Of a stretch of 64,000 bases of DNA, positions 10,185 to 20,688 are shown piece by piece; the first letter of the stretch is position 1; each line of letters opens with the position of its first letter. The stretch is from NCBI GenBank assembly GCA_020049855.1, contig JAGVLJ010000017.1, forward strand, positions 1,239 to 65,238, given 5' to 3'. Under the pieces are notes generated by a model. It saw only the letters and a program-made list of their open reading frames with translations, had not been told where the DNA came from and ran no database searches. The stretch comes from Bacteroidia bacterium. Its GTDB lineage: Bacteria; Bacteroidota; Bacteroidia; UKL13-3. Made by a program: the position numbers and the translations under genes.

Positions 10185-10940
10185 TTGTATACTTGCATTA
10201 TGAATAAGTACAGGTTGTTTCTGAGAAAAAGTTTCAGTTACTTTTTGATAGCAGTATTGATTATTGCGGGCTGTGCATTTTTCGTCCCCGAAAAAATTCC
10301 ATTAGTTTATAAAGTGCGGGCAGCAAGTATTAAAACCGCTCATCCGGGTTTAGTGATTATGTTGCACGGGTTGGGAAGCAATGAGGACGATATGTTTGGT
10401 TTAGCCACGCATTTACCAAAGGAGATGATAGTTGTTTCGGCTCGCGCACCTATTACATTGGCTAAAGATTCCTATGCTTGGTATAAGGTTGACCGAAGTA
10501 ATGGAAAGTTTATTTATGATGCATCCGAAGCCGAACGAGCCCGGGTGTTGATATCGCAATTTATTGATGCGGTAAGTAAAAAATTTAGGATAGATGCTAA
10601 ACGAATTTTTTTGTTAGGGTTTAGTCAGGGGGCAATTATGAGTTACAGCGTTGCTTTGTCCCAACCTGAAAAGGTAAAAGGGATAATGGCGTTAAGTGGT
10701 CGTTTAATGGCTGAGTCAAGAGTGAAAACCGGAAACCCAGATAAGCTTAAACAGCTTCAGGCGTTTATTGCACATGGCACTGATGATGAAATATTACCTG
10801 TAACTGATAGCAGAGAAGCTGCAGCTTTTTGCACAAGTGAAGGGGTGCAGGTGCTAATGAAAGAATACCCAATTAAACATCAAATTAGTGAGCAGGAATT
10901 GGCAGATTTGCTCCGTTGGCTAAATGCACAAAACATGTAA
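10185..10940 (+). CDS. Alpha/beta-hydrolase (phospholipase/carboxylesterase family)
   Basis: HGLGSNEDD motif and nucleophile elbow GFSQGA; the start may be the internal Met at 10200. Confidence 0.75.
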   Translation: MYTCIMNKYRLFLRKSFSYFLIAVLIIAGCAFFVPEKIPLVYKVRAASIKTAHPGLVIMLHGLGSNEDDMFGLATHLPKEMIVVSARAPITLAKDSYAWYKVDRSNGKFIYDASEAERARVLISQFIDAVSKKFRIDAKRIFLLGFSQGAIMSYSVALSQPEKVKGIMALSGRLMAESRVKTGNPDKLKQLQAFIAHGTDDEILPVTDSREAAAFCTSEGVQVLMKEYPIKHQISEQELADLLRWLNAQNM

Positions 10941-10952
10941 TGTTGTTTGGTT

Positions 10953-11426
10953 TTATATCCCGAATTGAGTGAAGTGGTAATTGATATGTGAATAAAAATG
11001 ATTCCCCCAGTCCTCCCGGCTCATTTTTCCAATTAAGGGATGTGTTTCTGCAAATGATTCAATATTTGCAAGCAACCTAAAGGCTGAAATAAAATTTTCT
11101 TTCTCTGTGGTGAAATTACCTGCCTTTACGGTTGTATTTAATTGAACGTCTATTTCCGGAAAAGTCATAGGTGGATTTCTTTCAATGCGCCTGAGCGAAG
11201 GTACTTTTGCGCTTAATAAAAAATGACGCAAGAAATTTCGGGTAAAGAAAGTACTTCGGTCACTCACTTTAATCTGTCCGGTTGAAATTTTAAATGCAAG
11301 CTGTACGTGTTTCAGCATTTGTGCTGTATTCATTTCGCCCCACAGGGGCAAGGTCGTTTCGGTAGGTTTTTCCAAACGACTCATAATTTCAGTTTGCACC
11401 TCGGGCGAAAAAACCGATTTTTTCAT
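10953..11426 (-). CDS. Hypothetical protein (DinB/YfiT-like helical bundle?)
   Basis: 157 aa ORF, no signal peptide, conserved His residues near the C-terminus; family assignment is tentative. Confidence 0.45.
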   Translation of the reverse strand: MKKSVFSPEVQTEIMSRLEKPTETTLPLWGEMNTAQMLKHVQLAFKISTGQIKVSDRSTFFTRNFLRHFLLSAKVPSLRRIERNPPMTFPEIDVQLNTTVKAGNFTTEKENFISAFRLLANIESFAETHPLIGKMSREDWGNHFYSHINYHFTQFGI

Positions 11427-12046
11427 TTTATTTTATAAAAAGGCAAAGTAGGGTAGAATATGGGAATAAAAAAATATTCTGTCTAAATTGGATTTCTGCA
11501 ACGGATTGGGTAGCGAAAATTGAACTTTTGCTTTTTTTCAGGCTTAATATATTGTTTAAGATGTTGAGTGTATTTTAGTTTCCAAATGCATTTTCCGGCA
11601 GGGCGTGAGCAGGTAGTTGTTTTTATAACTTTTTTAAGTTTAATATACCCACCTCTTTTAGTTTGTTCAATTGTACACTCAGGTTTTCGGCTGGCAGAAC
11701 TGTTTTTTTAGCAAGGTAAAATGCCCTCATTCACCTATTAGTACTGATTCGCTGGCCAGCCCTGAATGCGACTGCAAAAGGAATTGAGTTCTTTAAATTT
11801 TTGGTGTATTCAGCTTTTTTAAGATGTTTCGAAATAATATATCTGTTAAACACCAAAAGTGCTATCGAAAGCAGATGCAATTGATGTGCAGGGAAAAGTA
11901 GAGGCACCGGGCAGGTTAAGTCTAACAATGCTTTCATATCACCATGGATTTTTTTTAAAATTAAAATTAAGGAATAAGTAGGATCAAAAAATCAACTTTA
12001 TAAAACGAAGGAAGTATTTTAGTATTGTATTTCAAAAAATCGTAGT

Positions 12047-12784
12047 ATGAAGCAAATTGAACCTTGGATGGGGCGCACCCGTTTATTATTAGCTGATGAG
12101 CAATTAGAGAAACTGATTAATTCTAATGTATTAGTAGTTGGGTTGGGTGGGGTTGGAGGAATTGCTTCAGAAATGATTGCCCGCAGTGGGGTTGGGAAAA
12201 TGACCATTGTAGATGCCGATACCATTGATACTACAAACCGCAATCGCCAAATTCCGGCTCTGTTTAGCACTGAAGGGAAAGTGAAAGCTGATGTGCTGGC
12301 CGAGCGATTGCTTGATATAAATCCAGATTTGGAGTTAACCGTTTTGCCAGAATATTTTAAGGATAAACGCACCAACGAAGTATTGAATGCCGGAAAATTC
12401 AACTATGTACTTGATTGTATAGATACACTTTCGCCCAAAGTCTTTTTTATAAAAGCGTGTATTGAAAAAGGGATTCCAATTGTAAGTTCTATGGGTGCAG
12501 GTTCTAAGGTGGATCCTACCCGTGTACGAGTGGCCGACCTATCAGAAACGCACACGTGTAATTTGGCGAGGTATGTTCGTAAATACCTGCACAAACTCGG
12601 GATACATTCGGGTGTTAAAGCTGTTTTTTCCGATGAAGAAAGAATGGAAACTGCTCAGGTAGTAATTGCTGACGGGAAAAATAAAAAATCGGTGGTAGGA
12701 ACCATCAGCTATATGCCAGCGGTGTTTGGCTGCACCGTAGCTTCGGTGGCAATAAGGGATTTGTATACTAGAAAAACTATTTAA
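12047..12784 (+). CDS. tcdA: tRNA threonylcarbamoyladenosine dehydratase (ThiF/MoeB-family E1-like)
   Basis: Rossmann GxGxxG (VGLGGVGG), ThiF-family motifs, and length of about 245 aa typical of TcdA/CsdL. Confidence 0.85.
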   Translation: MKQIEPWMGRTRLLLADEQLEKLINSNVLVVGLGGVGGIASEMIARSGVGKMTIVDADTIDTTNRNRQIPALFSTEGKVKADVLAERLLDINPDLELTVLPEYFKDKRTNEVLNAGKFNYVLDCIDTLSPKVFFIKACIEKGIPIVSSMGAGSKVDPTRVRVADLSETHTCNLARYVRKYLHKLGIHSGVKAVFSDEERMETAQVVIADGKNKKSVVGTISYMPAVFGCTVASVAIRDLYTRKTI

Positions 12785-13301
12785 CTTTGGTAAGTATGGC
12801 TTCCTGATAAGCCATAATTTCGAAATCCTGAACTATAGGAATTTTGTCCTTACCTCCGGTAGTTCCTGCCGGGCTTGCGTTAGCACTAATTATTCGAAAA
12901 CGTATTTGCTCCCTTTCAAAACTGTAAATGGCAGTAAGTAGCTGCCCTTCTACTACAAACTGACTAATGAGAGTAGTGCCAAAAAGGTACTCATTTATTT
13001 TAATCCCATTTCCTTCATCCATCAAATAGTGGCCCGGATTAAGCGTATCTGAAATAAGGGTATAACTACGCACGTCATCTTTGCCTCCGTTGGAATACAC
13101 AATGGTAAAATAGTATTGATTTGGCTTCTTGGAATTTTCAAGTATCAGTTGCATACTTACATTGTTCACGCTTCCATTATTGGCTGCTACCTGCAGGGTT
13201 CCTTTCCACTGGCCAATCCAGGTTTTAGGAAAAAAGATGCTTTGTGCCTGTAACGAAAATGTACCCAAAGAGAATAAAAAAAGTAAAATTGTTCTGTTCA
13301 T
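12777..13301 (-). CDS. Hypothetical secreted protein
   Basis: Signal peptide MNRTILLFLFSLGTFSLQAQ; no recognisable motif. Confidence 0.5.
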   Translation of the reverse strand: MNRTILLFLFSLGTFSLQAQSIFFPKTWIGQWKGTLQVAANNGSVNNVSMQLILENSKKPNQYYFTIVYSNGGKDDVRSYTLISDTLNPGHYLMDEGNGIKINEYLFGTTLISQFVVEGQLLTAIYSFEREQIRFRIISANASPAGTTGGKDKIPIVQDFEIMAYQEAILTKVK

Positions 13302-13303
13302 AA

Positions 13304-14167
13304 TTAATGAATTTCAATATTATATGCTGCTTCAAATATATCATTGCTTTTTAATGATTGGATACCTTCTTTTTCTTCCAGTTTCCCATTATGTTGCACG
13401 TAGTCTGCAAGGCCATACCATGGTTCAATACAAATGAAACGGGCCTCCGGTTTTTTCCAAATGCCCAAATATGGAAATCCTTCAAACGAAACCGAAATTT
13501 TATGTGGATGCCTGAAAGATGAAAGAGTGACAGATGACGACCGAATGTTTTTAAGTACAATAGCATCTTTGGCAAATAGCACCTCACTAAGGGGTAAAAA
13601 TTTTCCAGTAATAACAGGCTCTTCTCTTAAATCAAAAAGTCCGTTAGTAAGCAGGTGTCTGTTTAAATATTCATCTTGGTTAAACATAATCGAGTAATCA
13701 GTTAAAGTTTCATTTTCAAATAACGGGCAGGTAAACCCCGGATGTGCACCAATGGAAAAGTACATGGTTTCATCACCCGTATTAATTACTTTATAGGTAC
13801 AGGAAAGGGTAGCTTTGATTAGGGTATATCCCAATTCAAGATGAAATGGGAATGGAAAATGTTGCAAGGTGTTTTGCGAAGCACTTAATTTCAGTGCTAC
13901 GGATTCAGTGCTTTGAAACATTACTGAAAATTGTTCATCTCTTGCAAAACCATGCTGACTACATAGATAGGATTTGTCCTGCCATTTAAATGAATTGTTT
14001 TTTAATTTTCCGACAAACGGAAAAAGCACCGGTGCATGTCGGTTCCAGCTGAAAGCATCTGCCTGCCACAAAAGTTCCTTCTGAATATCCTTGCGAAATA
14101 TACTGGTCAGTTCTGCGCCTTTTTCGCTGATGGTTATTTTTAAAAAATCATTCTCAAGTTTAGTCAT
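13304..14167 (-). CDS. Aldose 1-epimerase (galactose mutarotase-like) family protein
   Basis: 287 aa, YihR-like mutarotase fold signatures (HAPVLFPFVGKL..., HPGF); 4-nt overlap with the downstream EamA gene. Confidence 0.65.
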   Translation of the reverse strand: MTKLENDFLKITISEKGAELTSIFRKDIQKELLWQADAFSWNRHAPVLFPFVGKLKNNSFKWQDKSYLCSQHGFARDEQFSVMFQSTESVALKLSASQNTLQHFPFPFHLELGYTLIKATLSCTYKVINTGDETMYFSIGAHPGFTCPLFENETLTDYSIMFNQDEYLNRHLLTNGLFDLREEPVITGKFLPLSEVLFAKDAIVLKNIRSSSVTLSSFRHPHKISVSFEGFPYLGIWKKPEARFICIEPWYGLADYVQHNGKLEEKEGIQSLKSNDIFEAAYNIEIH

Positions 14168-15030
14168 GCAGTCTTTTTTTGTGTATTATATGAAAGAAAC
14201 AGATTCAACACCACTCCGACAATTATCAAGGTCATTCCAAATAAACTCCAATGATTAAATGTTTCATCAAATAGGAAATAGCCTGTTGCCAAAGCATAAA
14301 TTGTTCCCAGATACGTAAGGATGGAAACATCAGAAACACGCTCCAACTGATAAGATTTGGTCATAAAATATTGTCCGAATTGAGTGAATACTCCGGTTGC
14401 AACTAGTAATCCCCAATCGGTAACGGTGGGAGTGGTCCAGTGGGTAAGGGTATAGGGTGTCACAAAGGGAAGAGTAACAAGAGGGAAATAAAATACAATA
14501 ACTAGGGCGTGATCCGATTGATTTACTTTACGAATGCAACTATACGCCAACCCCGACATCAGGGCAGAGAACATACCAAGCATAAGCAACTCATTACTAA
14601 TGCGTGGGTCAAAACCCTTTACAAGTACTACCCCGGAAAATGATAAAATGGTGAATAGCCAGTTACGAAATGTTAGTCGGTCGTCTAAAAGAAAGTAAGC
14701 GAAAATAAGTGTAAAAACCGGAGAGAGGTATTGGATGGTTACTGCACTGGCCAATGGAATTTTTTGTACAGTGATGATGTAGCATAACAATCCTGCAAAA
14801 CCGGCCAGGCCTCGCAGAATAAGCCATTTTTTATCATTACCCCATGGGTTAAGTTTTTGTTTGCGGATAAAATAGAGGGTAATAAAAAAGGTAATTATAG
14901 AACGAATAAATACAACCTGATGAGCAGGAATATGATTTAGGTATTTAATGCAAAGATTCATGCCGGCATAGTAAACGGTTGCCTGCAGCATATACCTTAT
15001 TCCGGGTCGTAATTCCATTATGCGTTGCAA
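14164..15030 (-). CDS. EamA/DMT-family transporter (10 TM)
   Basis: 288 aa with repeated hydrophobic helices arranged in two EamA-like halves. Confidence 0.8.
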   Translation of the reverse strand: MQRIMELRPGIRYMLQATVYYAGMNLCIKYLNHIPAHQVVFIRSIITFFITLYFIRKQKLNPWGNDKKWLILRGLAGFAGLLCYIITVQKIPLASAVTIQYLSPVFTLIFAYFLLDDRLTFRNWLFTILSFSGVVLVKGFDPRISNELLMLGMFSALMSGLAYSCIRKVNQSDHALVIVFYFPLVTLPFVTPYTLTHWTTPTVTDWGLLVATGVFTQFGQYFMTKSYQLERVSDVSILTYLGTIYALATGYFLFDETFNHWSLFGMTLIIVGVVLNLFLSYNTQKKTA

Positions 15031-15110
15031 GATAAGCTGCCTTTAGGTAAATGAAAAAGCCTTCTAGCGGTTAAGAGAAGGCTTTTGAATGATTTTGTGA
15101 TTACCTAAAG

Positions 15111-15947
15111 CTACCTTAGGGTAATTGTTCTTGTTCTATTCTTATAGGTAATTTGGGCAATTTTGTCGCAGGGCTCTCCACCAATCGGATCAAAATCTAA
15201 TACCATGGAGTTGCCATTGGAGTTAGTAATAGTGGTTTTACCGCTTACAATTCGGGCGCATCCAATCTTCTTTTTTAATCCCTGAGTAATATTAACCGAG
15301 AAATTTTTACCTCTTCTGCTTACTCCATTGGCCGATCCGGTAATCAGGTACACATCATCCAATGGATTGAGTGTAGCATCTCCTTCTATTCGGTCAATTT
15401 CCCCCTGCGAACTCCAGGTTATAGTTCCTGTAGGTGTAATTGCGCTGGCTCCGGTAACTACGTACGAATATTTAAAATGTCCGGAGGCATTGCCCAAATT
15501 AGTAACTGTTCGGGTTCCGGTGTATTGAACATCGTTTACAAAATAATTCTCGAGCGTGATTACCAAAGTTGATCCTTGGGTGCGGTAAGCGCCTGTAAAT
15601 TCTGCCCTTATTTTACCTTTTCTGTAATTTCCGTCAGCACCTAAACAACCTGCTGAACTGTTTGAATCGGAAAATGTAATTTCAAGCACTTTTGGATTTG
15701 AGCTTATATCGGTGTAAACCGTGGCACAGGCAGGTAAAATAGAAATATTTACTTTGCCAAAACCGGGTTTGTCCTGCGCTTGATTATCTACATTGTCGTG
15801 AATATTCGAGAACTCTCCATCCAACAATGCCTGATCTTCGGCCGATTGAAAAATTTCTTCCAAGTCTTCTTTATCCCTGTTGCAGGATACGTTCACTAAA
15901 CTCCCCGAAAGGGTAAGCATAAGTGCAAAGAGTGTAATTTTTTTCAT
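15111..15947 (-). CDS. Hypothetical lipoprotein
   Basis: Lipobox-like signal (…LVNVSC), Ser/Thr/Gly/Asn-rich beta-type sequence. Confidence 0.55.
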   Translation of the reverse strand: MKKITLFALMLTLSGSLVNVSCNRDKEDLEEIFQSAEDQALLDGEFSNIHDNVDNQAQDKPGFGKVNISILPACATVYTDISSNPKVLEITFSDSNSSAGCLGADGNYRKGKIRAEFTGAYRTQGSTLVITLENYFVNDVQYTGTRTVTNLGNASGHFKYSYVVTGASAITPTGTITWSSQGEIDRIEGDATLNPLDDVYLITGSANGVSRRGKNFSVNITQGLKKKIGCARIVSGKTTITNSNGNSMVLDFDPIGGEPCDKIAQITYKNRTRTITLR

Positions 15948-15998
15948 ATAAGGATATTTTTTTGTAGTTAGAGTGGGTAAGGTAGAAAAAGTTTAACC

Positions 15999-17188
15999 CT
16001 ATTGACAAATTTCTGAAATACTTTCGTTAATTACACTACATGCCCATACAATTTGTTCACCAATAATGGTTAATGGAGGGGAAATACGTAGTTTATTGGT
16101 TGCAAAAAGAAACCAATCGGTAATAAGTCCTTTCTCAATACAGCGGTCAATAATTTTTTTGTTCGTTTCAAAAGAATCAAATTCCAAAGCCAGCATCAAT
16201 CCTCTGCCACTTATGCTACGAATGAACGGATGCGAAAGAAGTTCACGAAACATAGCTTCTTTGGCAGATACCTCCTTAATCAATTGCGAGGCAGTTAATT
16301 CGTTGAGCACTGCCAAGGCCGCAGCACAACTCACCGGGTGTCCTCCAAAAGTGGTAATATGCCCAAGGTACGGGTCATTTGTGAAAGCCTGCATCTGGTT
16401 TCGATCAGCAATTAGCGCACCTATTGGCATTCCCCCACCCATTCCTTTAGCCAGCATCAACATATCGGGAATCACCTCATATTGCTCAAAAGCAAACAGT
16501 GAACCCGAGCGACCAAAGCCTGTTTGAATTTCATCAAAAATGAGAAGTGTACCGGTTTCGTTTGTTCGGGCTCTTAATTTTTTTAGGTAATTTTTTTTGG
16601 CTGGCAAATAGCCTGCTTCTCCTTGTACGGGCTCAATAAATATACAGGCTGTTTTTTCAGTGATCAGCGTTAGATCTTCTTCATTATTAAAACGGATAAA
16701 GCGGATATCAGGCAACAACGGACGAAATGCATTTTTAAAGTACTCGTCACTATTTAAACTTAATGCACCCTGTGTGCTGCCATGATACGAATGGTAACAG
16801 GCAATAATTTCAGATTTACCACTAATTCTTTTGGCCAATTTCATGGCCGCTTCGGTTACTTCTGCTCCAGAATTTAAAAAATAGACTGAGTTTAATGATG
16901 GGGGCAGGTTGTGGCTCAGGGCTGAGGCGAGTTGTACCTGTGGACTCTGAACATATTCTCCATAAACCATCAGGTGCATATAGCGGTCAAGCTGATGCCG
17001 AATGGCAGCCAATACTGCCGGATGACGATGCCCGATATTACTTACGGAGATGCCTGAAATAAGGTCAAGGTATTTTTTGCCACTTACATCAAACAGGTAC
17101 ACACCTTCTGCTTTTTCAATCTCCAGCATTAATGGTGCATCTGAAGTTTGAGCCACATGTCGCAAAAAAAGTTGACGATTACTGATCA
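15999..17188 (-). CDS. Class-III pyridoxal-phosphate aminotransferase (acetylornithine/ornithine aminotransferase-like)
   Basis: PLP-AT class III motifs (…DEIQTGFGRSG…, MLAKGMGGGMPIGA). The ORF-track start at 17381 is probably an N-terminal over-extension; the start is taken at the internal Met MISNRQ. Confidence 0.8.
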
Positions 17189-17241
17189 TGTGTACAAAAC
17201 TAAGCAGCAATATGCGGTGAACACAAGCTTTTTCGCTTTTT

Positions 17242-18609
17242 TTGAATGCGAAAATGTTAATCCCCTTTTTTAACCGCATTTTTAAAAGTGAGCATATTGC
17301 TGAATTGCTGAGAGGAGGAGTATATGCCGTTGTTTTTAAAACGCTCTCTTTTTTTAGCGGGTTGCTGATAACTTCCATCATGGTAAGACATTACGGGATC
17401 CAATCGTATGGAGTTTATGTATTGTTTGTTGGGTTCTGGGGTATTGGTGCTTTTGCCGGCCGCTTTAGTTTAGATACCGCTGTTAATAAATACATCGCTA
17501 TTCATCATTCGGTTGGAAGATTTAGTTTAATTAAACCTATTCTTCAAAAAGCGATAAAGTTATCAATAGTGTTTTCGGTTTTGGCTGCGCTCTGCATTTT
17601 TGTTTTAGCAACCCCCATTGCCACGTATTTTTTTAAGGATGCTAGCCTTTCTATGTCAATAAGAATTTTCTGCTGGTTTATTATTCCTATTGCCACGGGA
17701 ATGATTTTACAAAGCGGATTACGTGCTTTGAAAAAAGTAAAATCATATACATTTTCTACATTTGCCTCCAGCAATTTGTTGATGCTTTTGCTTATATCGG
17801 GGAGTGTATTTTTTAGCAATCAATTTTTTACACCGGTATGGATTGCTGCATTTGCATCAGTACTTGTTTGGCTAATGGCTCAAGTTCTATGGATGAAAAA
17901 TTCAAAATATGTATCTGCTCAAAAACTTCCGGATGGTGACGCCACCAAATTGATTCAGTCAGCCTGGCCGGTATTTTTTTCTTCCATTTGGGTAGTGATT
18001 AGTCACTATGCCCCACTGTTGCTTCTGGGTTATTTTACCGATGTTATTCAGGTTGGGTTATTTGAGGGAGCTTTTCGTTTAAGCAAGTTGATTATAATTG
18101 GCCTGTTCTTAGTGAATACCGTTGCTGCTACAAAATTCACCGAATTATTGCACAAGGAAGATAAAGATGAGTTACACCGTTTGTTGCAACATAAAGCCAT
18201 AATTGTATCGGGAATCGCTGTAGTGGTTTTTGTTTTTTCTTTGCTTATTCCTGATTTTCTTTTGAGGTTACTGAATGACCAATTCGCCATCGGCCGATCG
18301 GCTTTCATTATTCTTGGGTTGGCACAGTTAGTAAACGCTTTGGTTGGCTCTGTAAATATTTTAATGATAATGGCAGGATATGAAAAACAATTGATGCGCC
18401 TAAATATGTTCGGTACTTTGTCTAGTGTTGTTTTATCATTTATTCTAATTCCATCTATGCAAATGGAAGGTGCTGCCATAGCTCGTAGTATTGGTATTGT
18501 ATTGGTAAATATTTCCTGCTGTATTTTTATTTACCGAAAAACAGGATTGCTCACTTTTTGGTGGCCATTTCTTAAAAAAAAGGGAACTAAAGTCCCCTTG
18601 CAAGTGTAA
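17242..18609 (+). CDS. Polysaccharide/oligosaccharide flippase (Wzx/MATE-like, multi-TM)
   Basis: 455 aa with about 12-14 hydrophobic helices, polysaccharide-biosynthesis-protein family architecture. Confidence 0.7.
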   Translation: MNAKMLIPFFNRIFKSEHIAELLRGGVYAVVFKTLSFFSGLLITSIMVRHYGIQSYGVYVLFVGFWGIGAFAGRFSLDTAVNKYIAIHHSVGRFSLIKPILQKAIKLSIVFSVLAALCIFVLATPIATYFFKDASLSMSIRIFCWFIIPIATGMILQSGLRALKKVKSYTFSTFASSNLLMLLLISGSVFFSNQFFTPVWIAAFASVLVWLMAQVLWMKNSKYVSAQKLPDGDATKLIQSAWPVFFSSIWVVISHYAPLLLLGYFTDVIQVGLFEGAFRLSKLIIIGLFLVNTVAATKFTELLHKEDKDELHRLLQHKAIIVSGIAVVVFVFSLLIPDFLLRLLNDQFAIGRSAFIILGLAQLVNALVGSVNILMIMAGYEKQLMRLNMFGTLSSVVLSFILIPSMQMEGAAIARSIGIVLVNISCCIFIYRKTGLLTFWWPFLKKKGTKVPLQV

Positions 18610-18638
18610 ACCTAATCCTCATTATAAAAATCATTTCC

Positions 18639-19115
18639 TTACCTTCTGGGAGGTGACCCACCAGCGGGTGAACCCATTCTTCGTTCCCTTATTCTTCGAA
18701 TCAATTCACGTTTAAAATCTTCTTCAGCTCTGTACAGGAGCAGAATCTTTTTAGATGAAATAATCTTTTTAAATTCAATCTGATATTTTTTAATCAACGC
18801 TACCTGAGCTTCTCTGAAAGTTATCACTTCACTGATTCGCTTTTCGGCCTCCTGTTCGCTTAAATCAGCCGGTAATTCTTCTTCTTCGCTAAGCCGGTAT
18901 TTTTTTCTCAATTCCTTCATCTCTGTTTCCATTTTGTTGTAAATAGGCCAAAATCCTTTTGCTTCTTCAGTGGTTAGTTGAAGTCTGTCGGTAATAAAGG
19001 CAATTTTCATGGCTTCTATTCGCTCTTTTACAACCCGCCCGTCTCCTTGGGCACACACACATACAGGTGTAGTTAAAAGGCTGCAAATCCAAACTAACAT
19101 CTTTGTTTTTTTCAT
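18639..19115 (-). CDS. Periplasmic Spy/CpxP-like (LTxxQ-type) protein
   Basis: Signal peptide, helical, charged; last gene of the ECF-sigma / anti-sigma operon. Confidence 0.6.
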   Translation of the reverse strand: MKKTKMLVWICSLLTTPVCVCAQGDGRVVKERIEAMKIAFITDRLQLTTEEAKGFWPIYNKMETEMKELRKKYRLSEEEELPADLSEQEAEKRISEVITFREAQVALIKKYQIEFKKIISSKKILLLYRAEEDFKRELIRRIRERRMGSPAGGSPPRR

Positions 19116-19672
19116 AACTCCTCCAGTATTAATTGTTCATCTGCATTGTCAAAAATATATTCTTCTATAAGCATATTGCTATCAGGGATACTGCTTACTG
19201 AGTTGTTTTTTCGGGGGGGGAGGGCGGTGTAAACTTCGGTGACTAAGTCAATGCTCACATCATTGTTTTCTAAATAGGTAAGAATTTCATCATCCGTTGC
19301 CGGTTCATGGGCAATTGCTTCGCTATTATGAATTGCCGCTTTTGAAAGAAGCAATACCAATCCAATGGCAAGCAGGGCTACTGCTGCTACAAAAATTCGG
19401 TTAATATGGATTAAGCGAATAATTTTACCGCGTGTTTTTAGGGAGGTGCTTTTTGAAACTATTTGCGAAGGGAAATGTTCAAAATAACCTTGTGGCACCT
19501 CAAATGCTGAATCTATTTTTTGGGATAATTGCGGTGTTTCACTACCCTTTACCCGTATCAAAATACTTTGAGGCAATTCCTCAAAATAGGAGTAGGGTAG
19601 AGTAAACGGGTTGTTTTTGGGAAGTCCGTTTACAAATTCTTCTTCAGGCAATCTGGGGTTTTGTATATCCAT
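19112..19672 (-). CDS. Putative anti-sigma factor (single TM)
   Basis: 186 aa with a central TM (IFVAAVALLAIGLVLLL), immediately downstream of the ECF sigma and overlapping the next gene by 4 nt. Confidence 0.5.
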   Translation of the reverse strand: MDIQNPRLPEEEFVNGLPKNNPFTLPYSYFEELPQSILIRVKGSETPQLSQKIDSAFEVPQGYFEHFPSQIVSKSTSLKTRGKIIRLIHINRIFVAAVALLAIGLVLLLSKAAIHNSEAIAHEPATDDEILTYLENNDVSIDLVTEVYTALPPRKNNSVSSIPDSNMLIEEYIFDNADEQLILEEL

Positions 19673-19695
19673 TTTTTGTTAGAACAATTTCTATT

Positions 19696-20259
19696 CTAAA
19701 GGTTTAATGTGTGGTTGAAATAGATTTCAATTTTTTTTACAGCATGGTGGTATGATGCCTTAAGGGCTCCTACCGAGGTGTCTGTTATTTCGGCAATTTG
19801 TTCGTAGGGCAATTCATCAAAATATCGCATATTAAAAACAGCCCGCTGTTTATCGGGAAGTTCCAGAATGGCTAATTGCAGTTTTTTCTGTATCTGATTT
19901 CCGTTAAAACCAATTTCATTGGTGATTTGATGGCTTAGGTAGTGCTCGGCATCTTCCATATTTATGTGTAGAGATGCTTTTTTCTTATTGATAAAAGCGA
20001 GTGCTTCATTGGTGGCAACCCTGAAAAGCCAGGTAAATAATTTCGATTCTTCTCTAAACCCGTCAAGTTTTTCCCATGCCCTTATAAAAGTATTTTGTGT
20101 TACATCATCGGCATCGTCATGATTAATAACCAACCTGCGTACATGCCAGTAAACCTTTTGCTGATATTTTTTAATAATAGCCTCAAACGCCTGTGTGCGG
20201 CTTTCTTCTCTGCGAAAGGCCTCTATCAATTCTTTATCGCTGGTTACGCTTCCTGTCAT
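19696..20259 (-). CDS. RNA polymerase ECF sigma factor (sigma-70 regions 2 and 4)
   Basis: 187 aa with sigma-70 r2 and r4 helix-turn-helix (…YEQIAEITDTSVGALKASYHHAVKKI…). Confidence 0.85.
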   Translation of the reverse strand: MTGSVTSDKELIEAFRREESRTQAFEAIIKKYQQKVYWHVRRLVINHDDADDVTQNTFIRAWEKLDGFREESKLFTWLFRVATNEALAFINKKKASLHINMEDAEHYLSHQITNEIGFNGNQIQKKLQLAILELPDKQRAVFNMRYFDELPYEQIAEITDTSVGALKASYHHAVKKIEIYFNHTLNL

Positions 20260-20315
20260 TTGGTTAAGGCTACCCGTGTATTTGATGGCTTTGTGTGAAA
20301 AAGGTTTAAACGGGT

Positions 20316-20642
20316 TTATTTTAATTTTTCATTTTCTTTGTGTCGTTTCGAATCGCGGTTATTTTTCTTATCAATATTCTTTTGCAGGGCATCGGTTAGG
20401 TTTATGCCTGTTTGGTTCGCAAGGCATATTAGCACCCATAGTACATCGGCCATTTCATCAGCCAAATCAATTTTTTTTTCACTTTCCTTAAACGATTGCT
20501 CCCCGTATTTTCTGGCCATAATACGAGCCACCTCGCCCACCTCTTCCATCAGTATAGCGGTATTGGTAAGCTCATTAAAATAACGAACTCCCGTGGTTTT
20601 TATCCAGCGATCAACCGTTTCCTGTGCTTCCTGTATAGTCAT
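20316..20642 (-). CDS. MazG-like nucleotide pyrophosphohydrolase
   Basis: EEVGEVARIMARKYG…EMADVLWVLICLA motifs of the MazG all-alpha NTP-PPase family; start taken at the internal Met MTIQEAQE. Confidence 0.75.
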   Translation of the reverse strand: MTIQEAQETVDRWIKTTGVRYFNELTNTAILMEEVGEVARIMARKYGEQSFKESEKKIDLADEMADVLWVLICLANQTGINLTDALQKNIDKKNNRDSKRHKENEKLK

Positions 20643-20688
20643 GTTATATATATATTTTTGCAATCTAAACACTCACAAGTTCACCCTC

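Noticed and set aside
16066-16527. 153-aa plus-strand ORF inside the aminotransferase gene
   Set aside because: Fully antisense to a well-supported class-III aminotransferase CDS.
17544-18479. Minus-strand ORFs (91 aa and 143 aa) inside the flippase gene
   Set aside because: Antisense to a coherent multi-TM coding frame; no independent support.
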